Shown in pieces: positions 9,688 through 18,867 of a stretch of 64,000 bases of DNA. The stretch is from assembly GCA_017464845.1 (NCBI GenBank), contig JAFTYD010000010.1, positions 568 to 64,567 of the forward strand, read 5' to 3'. How positions within the stretch are numbered: the stretch's first letter is position 1; every line of letters starts with the position of its first letter. Under the pieces are notes generated by a model, which was given only the letters and a program-made list of their open reading frames with translations, did not search any database and was not told the origin of the DNA. Source of the DNA: Clostridia bacterium (lineage in GTDB: Bacteria; Bacillota; Clostridia; Christensenellales; UBA1242). A program made the translations under genes and the position numbers.

Positions 9688-11883
9688 TTAAAACATATTA
9701 TAATCATAGATTGCTGTAACCTTTAACCATTTATCTAAAAATCTTACTGCTTTGTTTCTAAAGTAACTAAACTTACTTTTTGTTAAACCATCATTTAATG
9801 ACCATAAAACATCGTTAGCATCAAAAGTAAATATTTCTCTACTAAACACACCATCTGTCATTGAAATAATTACTTCATTTCCGAGTTCATTATTAAAGAC
9901 TGGATAACCTAAATAGCAATATGTATCATAATCAACACCAAGTAATGTCATCAATGTTACTGTCAAGTCAAAAGCTTGAGTAAACTTTGTAACATAGTGA
10001 TTGTCACCACAAACTTCATCTGTTAATTTTGTTGAATAAATGAAAGCAGGTACACAATATTTTTCTGATGTATATTTTTCATAATTAAGTTCATCTTTTG
10101 AAGCAACCTTAGCCCAATGGTAATCTGCTATATTTTCATCTGAATAAAACAATGATTTATATAAAGAATCAAGACTATTGTAATAACCATTGTGGTCAGA
10201 GAAAATTAAAATAGTTGTATTATCAAAAGTTCCTTCTTGAATTAAACTATAAACAAGATAAGCCATAGCATAATCAAGTTCAATAGCACTTGCAAGATAT
10301 GTTCTTACACATGAATCAACAGATTTAATATCAGTTTTTAAATAATCTATTCCATCTACAAATTCATAATTTTCTGGTATTAAGTGATTTTCATCAGCAT
10401 AAGATCCGTGTGTTGTAACAGTTGTAAAGAATGAGAAGAATTTGTTATCGCTTTCGCTATTTAAAATTTTATCTCTATTCAATTGAACAAAGGCACTATC
10501 TCTTGAACCATATCTTAAGTAATTACCTTTATAATTTTCTATACCTTCTGTTGTATCAACAAAAGTTGTTGTATCAAATCCATACATTGGAAGAAGTGTA
10601 TCTCTACCATAGAAAGTTGATTTCCAAGAATGGAAATAATTTGCATCATAACCAACACTCTTTAACTTGTTTGGTAATGTGAAACTATAGTCTATATCAC
10701 TATAGCTTCCTGTTGATGTAAAGCTAACTCTATTTGTAAATGACTTTCCAAATGGATAATTTCCAAGAACAACACTAGCTTCAGAATAATCTGTTTTAGC
10801 TTTTGAATAATAATTTACTAAACTCAAACCATAATTATTTTCTAAAGTTTCATTATATTGGAAATTAGTATTTCTAATTGTTTTATATGTGCCATCACCT
10901 CTAGAAACAAAGTTATAAAAATAAGCATTATTATTATCTATTTCTTCTTCTGAGTTAAATACAATATTTGTTGTACTAAGATTGTTTTTTATTTCTGTAA
11001 AATCATATCCATTTGCAAGAGCGAAAAGCACAGGTGTAATTCTTTCATCTATAGTGTACCATTCAAAACTTTCTGCCATGATTGTGATAAGATTTTCATC
11101 TTTACAAATACCAAATAGTTTGTCCGCTGTTGGATCGTATTCTTCAGTACTCATAAAATCTATAACATCTTTTTCATCTGCATAAGTATATTCAATATTA
11201 AATATCATATCTACAAGTTGAATAAAGTAAAATTGGAAAGTACCAAATTTCTTTATAGCTTCTGTAGCTGAATAAAGAGTATTATGAAGATAATGATCTG
11301 TAAACAATTCTGAGAACTCTTCTTCTGTTACAGCTGAAGCTATTTCAGAACTTTTGTTAAGTCTAATATTATCAACCGAATAAAAACATAATGCTAAAGA
11401 CAATCCTACAACAAGAGAACGAATTCTAAATTGTTTTATAGAAGTATCTTCTTTTTTATATTTTTCTAATTTCATACGAGAAATCATTCTCAACATAATT
11501 ATAAAATAAACTGTTTCAAGAACAAGGAATAAGAATGGCCACCATGGAAATAAATTAAATTCAAGTACTGCCACAGTTTCCCCTGCAAGTCCTAACATAC
11601 TAAAAGTGAAAACAGTATTAAGAGTTTTCATAACACATATATTTGTATATGTAACTATAACTTGTAATGCAAATAAAATACTTACAATAATATTTCTTAT
11701 CTTTTGTCTTTTTGTAGCTAAAATAATAAAAGCAAACAAGAATAAGAATGAAAAGTTATAGAAAAAGTAAGATGGAAACAAACCCCATCCAAAATACGCA
11801 AATTGAAACAATTCAATACTTATTGCTATAAATACATAAAGCAAACTTGTGTATATAGCTTTTTTCATTTCATTATTTTTCAT
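9688..11883 (-). CDS. LTA synthase-family membrane sulfatase/phosphoglycerol transferase-like protein
   Basis: 731 aa. About 5 N-terminal TM helices are followed by an extracytoplasmic sulfatase-type domain (..IFSDHNGYYN.., ..TTVTTHGSY..). Confidence 0.7.
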   Translation of the reverse strand: MKNNEMKKAIYTSLLYVFIAISIELFQFAYFGWGLFPSYFFYNFSFLFLFAFIILATKRQKIRNIIVSILFALQVIVTYTNICVMKTLNTVFTFSMLGLAGETVAVLEFNLFPWWPFLFLVLETVYFIIMLRMISRMKLEKYKKEDTSIKQFRIRSLVVGLSLALCFYSVDNIRLNKSSEIASAVTEEEFSELFTDHYLHNTLYSATEAIKKFGTFQFYFIQLVDMIFNIEYTYADEKDVIDFMSTEEYDPTADKLFGICKDENLITIMAESFEWYTIDERITPVLFALANGYDFTEIKNNLSTTNIVFNSEEEIDNNNAYFYNFVSRGDGTYKTIRNTNFQYNETLENNYGLSLVNYYSKAKTDYSEASVVLGNYPFGKSFTNRVSFTSTGSYSDIDYSFTLPNKLKSVGYDANYFHSWKSTFYGRDTLLPMYGFDTTTFVDTTEGIENYKGNYLRYGSRDSAFVQLNRDKILNSESDNKFFSFFTTVTTHGSYADENHLIPENYEFVDGIDYLKTDIKSVDSCVRTYLASAIELDYAMAYLVYSLIQEGTFDNTTILIFSDHNGYYNSLDSLYKSLFYSDENIADYHWAKVASKDELNYEKYTSEKYCVPAFIYSTKLTDEVCGDNHYVTKFTQAFDLTVTLMTLLGVDYDTYCYLGYPVFNNELGNEVIISMTDGVFSREIFTFDANDVLWSLNDGLTKSKFSYFRNKAVRFLDKWLKVTAIYDYNMF

Positions 11884-11973
11884 ATCATAAGCATTTTAAC
11901 ATTTTACAAACAAAAAATCAAGTGTTTTTTTTATTTTTATTATTATATTCATAGAATAATAAGTTGTTAAAAC

Positions 11974-12003
11974 AAAAAAACTGAAAAATTTTTCAGTTTT
12001 TTT
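11974..12003 (-). terminator. Palindromic terminator after the 12024-13139 gene
   Basis: AAAAAAACTGAAAAATTTTTCAGTTTTTTT is a perfect palindrome flanked by an A-run and a T-run. Confidence 0.6.
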
Positions 12004-12023
12004 ATTTATCTATACATTTGTCA

Positions 12024-13139
12024 TTAAATAGTTAGTGTCGAAACGACTTTTATAGTGTAAGTATATGTTGTTAAAGGACATGTTTTTGAAACAATAGTTA
12101 TTTCTAAATTCTCATTTGTTTGAGTTGAATCAAATCCAAAAACTTCAAAATCATCTAAATTTAACTCCACAGTTACATCATTATTATTTGAAGCGTATTT
12201 AGCTGTTACTACAACTCCTTCTCCAAATGAGAATTCATCTCCTACAACAAATTCTGTTTTTAAATTTGATATTGAATCTATAATCACATAATCTTTTACT
12301 GTTATTTCAAAATCTTTTTCAACCCCATCTAAACTTAATTTAAATGTTGACTTTCCAACAAGATAATTAGATTCAACAATGACAAATAAAAAGTTTTCAT
12401 CTTGAAACAAATCTCCACAAGTAAACTCTTCATTTGTATCATCAATATACTCAACATTAATTGTTGCATCACCTATAACTTCCCCTAATATTGAATACCA
12501 ATAACTATCCTCTAAATCAATAGTGAAATCAGCAACATTTGTTTTAACTTCAAGATCATGATAATATGATGATACATCAATATCTTTATAAGTAATTTTT
12601 ATATTTTTCTCACCAATACTTGATGTGTCTATATTAGATATTGTTATATCTTCATCTGTTAAAGAAACTTGTCTACAATTTGCTAAAGTATCTCCACCTA
12701 CGCCTTCAGAAGCATTATACACAAGCGCTTTTGCATTTGCTAAAGAAACCGTGTCACCTTTATAACATTCATCAGTTAAATTTATAACACTATAAATTTT
12801 TTCATAATCAACATAATTTACTGAAATTGTATGTTCATAATTATCATAAAAAATTGTAACATCTTTTTTTCCAAGACCTGATTCATCTATAAGATAATTT
12901 ACTCCAGCATCTTTAAGTAAATCTAAAGTTTTTTTCGATCCATCTTTATAATTTACAGTCATTATACCACTAAGAAAAAATGGCTCTCCATAATAAAACT
13001 GATCTTTATAATTTTCAACTACAATTGAAGAAACATTAGTTTCCTCTTCCTCTTCTTTGCCACAACCAGTCAAACAAAAACCTGCAACAAAAATCATTAA
13101 CAAAAGGCATAAAGATAATTTTAATTTGAAAAACTTCAT
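12024..13139 (-). CDS. Lipoprotein with repeated bacterial Ig-like (Big_3-like) modules
   Basis: I moved the start to the ATG at 13139 (RBS GGAGGGG), giving MKFFKLKLSLCLLLMIFVAGFCLTGC (lipobox). Strand motifs recur: GKKDVTIFYDNYEHTISVNYV, GEKNIKITYKDIDV, GKSTFKLSLDGVEKDFEITV. Confidence 0.55.
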   Translation of the reverse strand: MKFFKLKLSLCLLLMIFVAGFCLTGCGKEEEEETNVSSIVVENYKDQFYYGEPFFLSGIMTVNYKDGSKKTLDLLKDAGVNYLIDESGLGKKDVTIFYDNYEHTISVNYVDYEKIYSVINLTDECYKGDTVSLANAKALVYNASEGVGGDTLANCRQVSLTDEDITISNIDTSSIGEKNIKITYKDIDVSSYYHDLEVKTNVADFTIDLEDSYWYSILGEVIGDATINVEYIDDTNEEFTCGDLFQDENFLFVIVESNYLVGKSTFKLSLDGVEKDFEITVKDYVIIDSISNLKTEFVVGDEFSFGEGVVVTAKYASNNNDVTVELNLDDFEVFGFDSTQTNENLEITIVSKTCPLTTYTYTIKVVSTLTI

Positions 13140-13222
13140 AACCCCTCCAATATATACAAAAATTATATAAAATATTATGTGAAAAGTCAACTAAATAAAT
13201 TTGTTTAAAAATTAAATAAATA

Positions 13223-13249
13223 AAAAAGTTAGAAAAAATCTAACTTTTT
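13223..13249 (-). terminator. Hairpin overlapping the spoIVA stop
   Basis: 11-bp stem AAAAAGTTAGA/TCTAACTTTTT with a 5-nt loop. The downstream sequence is only moderately T-rich. Confidence 0.5.
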
Positions 13250-14726
13250 ATAACAATATACAAATAACTCCTCCTTTTCCTTCGTTAACAATTCTTCCAA
13301 GAGTCTTTTTCATTTTTCTTTGAGCATCAACAGGCATCATAAATATTTTTGAATTTATATTGTCTCCGATAAGAGAATATAAACTTTTTCCAAGTAAATT
13401 TGTATCCCAAATTGAATCCGGATCCGAATCATATTGATCATTTAAATATTTAACCAAATCTTGACTTTGACTTTCACTTCCAATCAAAGGAGTAACCTCT
13501 GTTTCTACATCAACTTTTACGATATGTAAACTTGGTGCAGAAGCTTTAATTTTTACTCCAAATTTACTACCTTGTTTTACAACTTCTGGTTCTTCTAAAA
13601 CATACTCTTCTTTTCTTGGAACAACAATTCCATAACCTGTTTGATAAACTTCATCTAAAGCATTTTTCATTTTATCATATTCAGTTTTTGCAACAGCAAG
13701 ATCCTTAATACAATTAACTAACTCATAGTCATCTTTTATTTCAAAACCACATTCATCGCTTAAAACTTTATAGAAAAGATTTTCTTTAGGTATAACACTA
13801 AATTTTATTATACCTTCTCCCATTTCAATATTACTAAATGTAATAGGATCAAAACATTCACTTTCAGTAAAAACCAATCTTTCTTTTTCTATATCACCTA
13901 TCTTAATTAGATTTTCACCAAAGTTCTTTATTTCTTTTATAATTTCAGAAATTATATCGTTTGTAAAATCTAAAGCTTGTAACCACTTTGGCATTTTCAC
14001 TCTAATAGATTTTACAGGAAATTCTAATAATAATTTTTCAAAAACTCTATCAATATCTTCATCTTTCATTTCGTTTACATTCATAGCAATTATTTGAATG
14101 TTATATTTTTCACATAAAGAATTTACAAGTTTTTTACAATCATTAGAATTTGGTTCTTTTGAATTTAAAATCATAACAAAAGGTTTACCTGTTTTTTTCA
14201 TTTCATACACAATATTTTCTTCTGCTTCTGCATAACTATTTCTTGGTATGTCAGAAATACTACCATCAGTTGTAACAACAATACCAATAGTTGAATGATC
14301 TTCAATTACTTTTTTAGTACCAAACTCAGCTGCCTCTTCAAAAGGCATTTCTTCCTCACTCCAAGGAGTTTTAACAAGTCTAGGACGATCCTCTTCTTCA
14401 TGCCCCATTGCACCTGAAACTAAATAACCAACACAATCTATCATTCTAACTTTTAAATTTACCGAATCAGCAACTGTAATATTTACAGCTTCATTAGGAA
14501 CAAATCTAGGTTGAGTTGTCATAATTGTTTTTCCATCAGCACTTTGAGGAAGTTCATCAATAGTTCTTTCTCTAGCAATTTTATTTTCAATATTTGGAAC
14601 AACAAGTTTTTTCATAAAATTAGTTATAAAAGTTGATTTACCAACTCTCACAGGTCCAACTACCCCAATATAAATATCTCCATTTGTTCTGGTTTTAATA
14701 TCTTCGTATAGTTCAAATTTTTCCAT
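13248..14726 (-). CDS. spoIVA: Stage IV sporulation protein A (spore coat morphogenetic ATPase)
   Basis: The start is the ATG at 14726 (RBS GGAGGA). Translation begins MEKFELYEDIKTRTNGDIYIGVVGPVRVGKSTFITNFM (Walker A) and ends ...GKGGVICILL. Confidence 0.95.
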   Translation of the reverse strand: MEKFELYEDIKTRTNGDIYIGVVGPVRVGKSTFITNFMKKLVVPNIENKIARERTIDELPQSADGKTIMTTQPRFVPNEAVNITVADSVNLKVRMIDCVGYLVSGAMGHEEEDRPRLVKTPWSEEEMPFEEAAEFGTKKVIEDHSTIGIVVTTDGSISDIPRNSYAEAEENIVYEMKKTGKPFVMILNSKEPNSNDCKKLVNSLCEKYNIQIIAMNVNEMKDEDIDRVFEKLLLEFPVKSIRVKMPKWLQALDFTNDIISEIIKEIKNFGENLIKIGDIEKERLVFTESECFDPITFSNIEMGEGIIKFSVIPKENLFYKVLSDECGFEIKDDYELVNCIKDLAVAKTEYDKMKNALDEVYQTGYGIVVPRKEEYVLEEPEVVKQGSKFGVKIKASAPSLHIVKVDVETEVTPLIGSESQSQDLVKYLNDQYDSDPDSIWDTNLLGKSLYSLIGDNINSKIFMMPVDAQRKMKKTLGRIVNEGKGGVICILL

Positions 14727-14807
14727 TAAATCCTCCAAACACTATTAAACTATTCAAAAGATATTTGTTTTAGAACAAAAAATAAAATAAAAAAGAGAAA
14801 TAAAATT

Positions 14808-15905
14808 TTATTCCTCTTCTATTAATTCAGGTTTATTGCAATGAATACAAAAACCTTCGTTATATTCATGATTTAATAATGGTTTATATTCTTGTTTTTC
14901 ATGACCACAATTTTCACATACCGAAATTATATTTCCCTGAAAATCACAAGTTGAATCTGATTCATCAATAACAATATAATTATGTTCAAGCGCAGGTTTA
15001 GATTCATCAATTTGTATAACTTCAGCATGTCCACAATTATCACACACATTATACAATCCACCAGGCAAATCACAAGATGCTTCAAGTTCTACTTCTACAA
15101 AACTATGTCCTAATGGATCAACAATGTTATACTCTTCTCCATCAATACTGTCACAATTTATACATTGTCTTGCAGTGTAACCATGTTCTTCACAAGTTGG
15201 TGGAGTAACAATCTCTTTATAATCATGTTCAAGTTGTTCTATAATTTCTAAATTACTTATTCCACATAATGAACAAGAAAAATATCTTTCTCCCTGATTA
15301 AGACATGTTGCAGGATTTTCTCCCAATAATTCAAAATCATGATCTAAACATTTAATAAAATTATCAACTCTAGAACTACAACTTGTACACTCATAAAATT
15401 CATAACCACTTTCAGAACAAGTTGCTTCCTTTCTATCAATCAATGATAAATTATGTCCTGTTGCTTGTAATTCAGTTTTATAAGAACTACTACAATTTTC
15501 ACAATCATAAATTTCATAACCATTTGTTGTACAAGTTGCTTGTCTTGAAACTGTTAAAACATAGTTATGTTGTAATTTAACTACTTTTTCTGTGTAAACA
15601 TTAAAACAATCTTTACAAGTAAATTCTGTATAACCATCTTTCACACAAGTTGGTAAAACTTCTTTTGTAACTTTATAATCATGTCCAGACGAATAAATTT
15701 CTTCTTCATAACTATAATCACAATATTTGCAAGAAAATAATTTTTTTCCATTTTTATTGCAAGTTTCACTTTTAATTATACTACTTGTAAAAACATGTTC
15801 TTTACATATTCCATCATCTTTACTATCACAAGCTGTTAACAAAAAAACAGAGAAAAAAGAAAAAACAAACAAAAAACATAACATTATCTTCTTAAAGATT
15901 TTCAT
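14808..15905 (-). CDS. Lipoprotein built from tandem His/Cys-rich (H-C-C-C) repeats
   Basis: I moved the start to the ATG at 15905 (RBS GGAGGTAAAA), giving MKIFKKIMLCFLFVFSFFSVFLLTAC (lipobox). Then come 8 full and 1 truncated repeat of ~41 aa: H-x(10-12)-C-x(3)-G-x(4-5)-C-x2-C. Confidence 0.7.
   Translation of the reverse strand: MKIFKKIMLCFLFVFSFFSVFLLTACDSKDDGICKEHVFTSSIIKSETCNKNGKKLFSCKYCDYSYEEEIYSSGHDYKVTKEVLPTCVKDGYTEFTCKDCFNVYTEKVVKLQHNYVLTVSRQATCTTNGYEIYDCENCSSSYKTELQATGHNLSLIDRKEATCSESGYEFYECTSCSSRVDNFIKCLDHDFELLGENPATCLNQGERYFSCSLCGISNLEIIEQLEHDYKEIVTPPTCEEHGYTARQCINCDSIDGEEYNIVDPLGHSFVEVELEASCDLPGGLYNVCDNCGHAEVIQIDESKPALEHNYIVIDESDSTCDFQGNIISVCENCGHEKQEYKPLLNHEYNEGFCIHCNKPELIEEE
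14811..15797 (-). repeat. Protein-level tandem repeat region (about 8.5 x ~41 aa) inside the lipoprotein gene
   Basis: Repeat starts read HVFTSS..ETC, HDYKVT..PTC, HNYVLT..ATC, HNLSLI..ATC, HDFELL..ATC, HDYKEI..PTC, HSFVEV..ASC, HNYIVI..STC and HEYNEGFC. Each is followed by G(Y)..(F/Y).C..C. Confidence 0.75.
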
Positions 15906-16023
15906 TTTTACCTCCATTTTATATTTATATACATTTATTTTAACAAAAAACATAGACTTAATGCAAACAATTAAATCAAATAATTAAAAAAGGTTAGAAC
16001 AAAATCCAACCTTTTTGTATTAA

Positions 16024-17463
16024 CTAAACTTCTTCATCATCTCTATTTTCAAAAATACTTGTTTGTTGATAAAATTTCAACTTTCTTTCTTTTTTAGTTC
16101 TAGAAGGTTTTGAAGATTTTATTTCCTTAGATTCTTTGGTTTCATTAGGCAATTCTTCAAATAAAGATTCTTCTTGATTTACAGTCTTTTCAACTTTTTC
16201 TTCTTCATTATTTACTAAATTTTCTAAAGATTCTTGTTTTTCTTCAGAATCATTTTCTTTTATTTCAGTTTCAATTTCAGAAGAATCTTCTTGATTTTCA
16301 ACTTCTAATTTTTCTTCTTGATCTTGAACAACATTTTCAGATTCATTTTCAATATTTTCTACTTCCTGTTTAACTATTTCATCTTTTTGTTCAATAGTTT
16401 CTTCAGTAACATTAGAAACATTTTCTGTTTGTTCTTCTTGTACATTTTCTTGTACAGAATTTTCTTTTATCTCTTCTTGTTCTAAATCTTCTTTTACTTC
16501 TGTTTCTTGAATAGTAACATTATCTTCTAAATTTTCTTTCAATGAACTTTCTTTTTGAACATCTTCTTTTTTAACAAATTTTTCTTTGTGTATTTTTTCA
16601 GAAGCAGACTTTATTGGTTCTTTAATAATTGTTTCTTTTTTCTTTCTTTTATTTTTTAATCGTAATTCTTTTTTTCTTCTTTCTTCTTCTTTAATCTCTT
16701 CTTTAGTTTTTACTTTTGCTCTTGGAAGATCATAAATAACAATTTCTTCTGCTTTTGGATCTCTAATATTAACTTCATCTTCTTCAATAATTTCAATTCC
16801 TTTTTTACCAGTAAAAAATTTCTTTACCTTTGCACGGAAATTTATTTTATTTTCTTTTCCTTGAACAAGACGAACAATATTATTTCTATGCATAACAATT
16901 GTTAAAACAAAGAATAGCCAAACAAAAATTAAAAGTGCAACCAAATTTGCATACTTGTTAAGAGTAAAGAAAATTGTAGCATACACAACAAGTGTTGTAA
17001 TTGCAAAGAATGATATTATAAAAGGATATTCAATTAATAAGAATAACAAAAATCCTACAACAAAAACAATCATACTAACCCACCAAAAATGTGGATTAAA
17101 TAAAAATGTTCCAAATGTACAAGCTACACCCTTACCACCTTTAAAATTAAAGACCATAGGAAAATTGTGTCCTAAAACAACACTAAGTCCTGCAACAAAA
17201 TATCCAACATCAGCAATACCATCACTTTTTAAAATAAAATATGATAATAACGCTGGAAGTCCAGCTTTGACCGCATCACAAAGAAGAACAATAAGTCCTT
17301 CTTTCAATCCGTGAGTTCTTAAAACATTCATAACTCCAGGATTTCCACTTCCTTCTTTTGTTATGTCTTTATGATGCATAGAAGATGAAATAATTTTAGC
17401 AAAACTAACATTTCCAACCAAATAACAACAAAAGATTATAAATATAAATTTTAAAGCAACCAT
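16024..17463 (-). CDS. plsY: Glycerol-3-phosphate acyltransferase PlsY fused to a ~270-aa Glu/Lys-rich C-terminal extension
   Basis: Residues 1 to ~205 are a normal PlsY (GSGNPGVMNVLRTHG, FNFKGGKGVA, multiple TM helices). Residues ~230-479 are low-complexity K/E-rich sequence in the same uninterrupted frame. The start overlaps the der stop by 1 nt (TGATG). Confidence 0.85.
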   Translation of the reverse strand: MVALKFIFIIFCCYLVGNVSFAKIISSSMHHKDITKEGSGNPGVMNVLRTHGLKEGLIVLLCDAVKAGLPALLSYFILKSDGIADVGYFVAGLSVVLGHNFPMVFNFKGGKGVACTFGTFLFNPHFWWVSMIVFVVGFLLFLLIEYPFIISFFAITTLVVYATIFFTLNKYANLVALLIFVWLFFVLTIVMHRNNIVRLVQGKENKINFRAKVKKFFTGKKGIEIIEEDEVNIRDPKAEEIVIYDLPRAKVKTKEEIKEEERRKKELRLKNKRKKKETIIKEPIKSASEKIHKEKFVKKEDVQKESSLKENLEDNVTIQETEVKEDLEQEEIKENSVQENVQEEQTENVSNVTEETIEQKDEIVKQEVENIENESENVVQDQEEKLEVENQEDSSEIETEIKENDSEEKQESLENLVNNEEEKVEKTVNQEESLFEELPNETKESKEIKSSKPSRTKKERKLKFYQQTSIFENRDDEEV

Positions 17464-18770
17464 CAGTTATCCTCCTTACTTTTGAGAATAATTTCAATAG
17501 GAGTACCTGAAAAATCAGCTTTTTCTCTTAATCTATTTTCCAAATATCTCTCATATGAGAAATTTATGAGTTTCGCATCATTACAGAAGAAAATAAACTT
17601 TGGAGGATTTGTACATGCTTGAGTAACATATTGAATTTTTACTTTCTTACCATTTCTTGCAGGTGGTTCAAAGTTCAATATAGCATCTTGAAGAATATCG
17701 TTCAATAATCCTGTACTTATTCTTCTTGAAGCATTTTCATAAACAGAAATAACCTCTGGCATAATATCACCAAGTCTAGTCCCTACAAGTGCAGAAACAA
17801 AAACCACCCTAAAATATGACATAAATGAAAGACTTTGTTTTAAACTTTCTAAATACTCTTCTTTAGATTTTGTTTTCAAATCCCATTTATTAATTACAAT
17901 TACACTTGGTTTTCCCGCTTCATGAACATAACCAGCAATTCTTACATCTTGTTCTGAAATTTCTTTGCTAGCATCAAAAACAATCAAAACAACATCAGCT
18001 CTTTCAATTGCTCCCATACTCCTAAGCACAGAATAACCTTCAACAGATTCTTTTTCAACACCTCTACTTCTTCTTAAACCAGCAGTATCCACAAGATAAT
18101 AAGTTTCTTTATTAAATCTAAAAGGAATTGTAACAGAATCTCTTGTTGTTCCTTCAACATCACTTACAACCACTCTTTTATGTCCAAGCAAACGATTAAT
18201 AATAGAACTCTTTCCTACATTAGGTCTTCCAACAATAGTAATCTTAAGACCGTCATCTTCATCTTCAAATTCATCATTAGGGAAATATGAAACAACTGCA
18301 TCTAAAATATCCCCAACACCTCTCCCTTGAAGACATGAAACAGGATATGGTTCCCCAAGACCAAGACAATAAAAATCATAAATAAGTTCTGTTTCCATAT
18401 TGTCAAGTTTATTTACAACAAGAACAACAGGTAAATTTGTTTTTCTAAGAATTTTTGCAACATCTTCATCACTTTGAGTTACACCTGTTTTACCATCAAC
18501 AACAAATATGATAACATTTGCACTATCTATAGCAACTGAAACCTGTTCAAAAATTTCTTTTTGAAAAACATCTTCATTACTAAATTCAATGCCACCTGTA
18601 TCAATTAATGAAAATTTATTTCCACACCATTCGCAGTCGGCATAAATCCTGTCCCTAGTAACACCAGGAACATCATCAACTATACTAATTCTTTTTCCAC
18701 AAATTTTATTGAAAAATGTAGATTTTCCAACATTCGCCCTTCCGACGATCGCAACAATAGGTTTAGCCAT
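17463..18770 (-). CDS. der: Ribosome-associated GTPase Der/EngA (double GTPase domain)
   Basis: 435 aa. Two G domains (GRANVGKST, GRPNVGKSS) are followed by a KH-like C-terminus. Confidence 0.96.
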   Translation of the reverse strand: MAKPIVAIVGRANVGKSTFFNKICGKRISIVDDVPGVTRDRIYADCEWCGNKFSLIDTGGIEFSNEDVFQKEIFEQVSVAIDSANVIIFVVDGKTGVTQSDEDVAKILRKTNLPVVLVVNKLDNMETELIYDFYCLGLGEPYPVSCLQGRGVGDILDAVVSYFPNDEFEDEDDGLKITIVGRPNVGKSSIINRLLGHKRVVVSDVEGTTRDSVTIPFRFNKETYYLVDTAGLRRSRGVEKESVEGYSVLRSMGAIERADVVLIVFDASKEISEQDVRIAGYVHEAGKPSVIVINKWDLKTKSKEEYLESLKQSLSFMSYFRVVFVSALVGTRLGDIMPEVISVYENASRRISTGLLNDILQDAILNFEPPARNGKKVKIQYVTQACTNPPKFIFFCNDAKLINFSYERYLENRLREKADFSGTPIEIILKSKEDN

Positions 18771-18867
18771 ATTAATATATTAGCACATATTAATATATTT
18801 TTTCAAACTAAAATAAAAAATTTTTATATAAATAAAAATAAAAACAAACATCAACTATCAAATCATT

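Noticed and set aside
10431-11185. Track ORFs 10431-10682 (+) and 10982-11185 (+).
   Set aside because: They are antisense to the LtaS-like gene, with no RBS and junk-like composition.
16024-16775. Possible nucleotide-level tandem repeat or CRISPR-like periodicity in the plsY tail (many TTCTTC/TTTTCT runs).
   Set aside because: There is no fixed-length repeat unit. The pattern is codon-level bias from Glu/Lys-rich coding sequence (GAA/AAA on the coding strand).
15383-17314. Track ORFs 15383-15580 (+), 15727-15987 (+) and 16955-17314 (+).
   Set aside because: They are antisense to the repeat lipoprotein gene and to plsY. The 119-aa ORF mirrors the hydrophobic PlsY core and has no translation signals.
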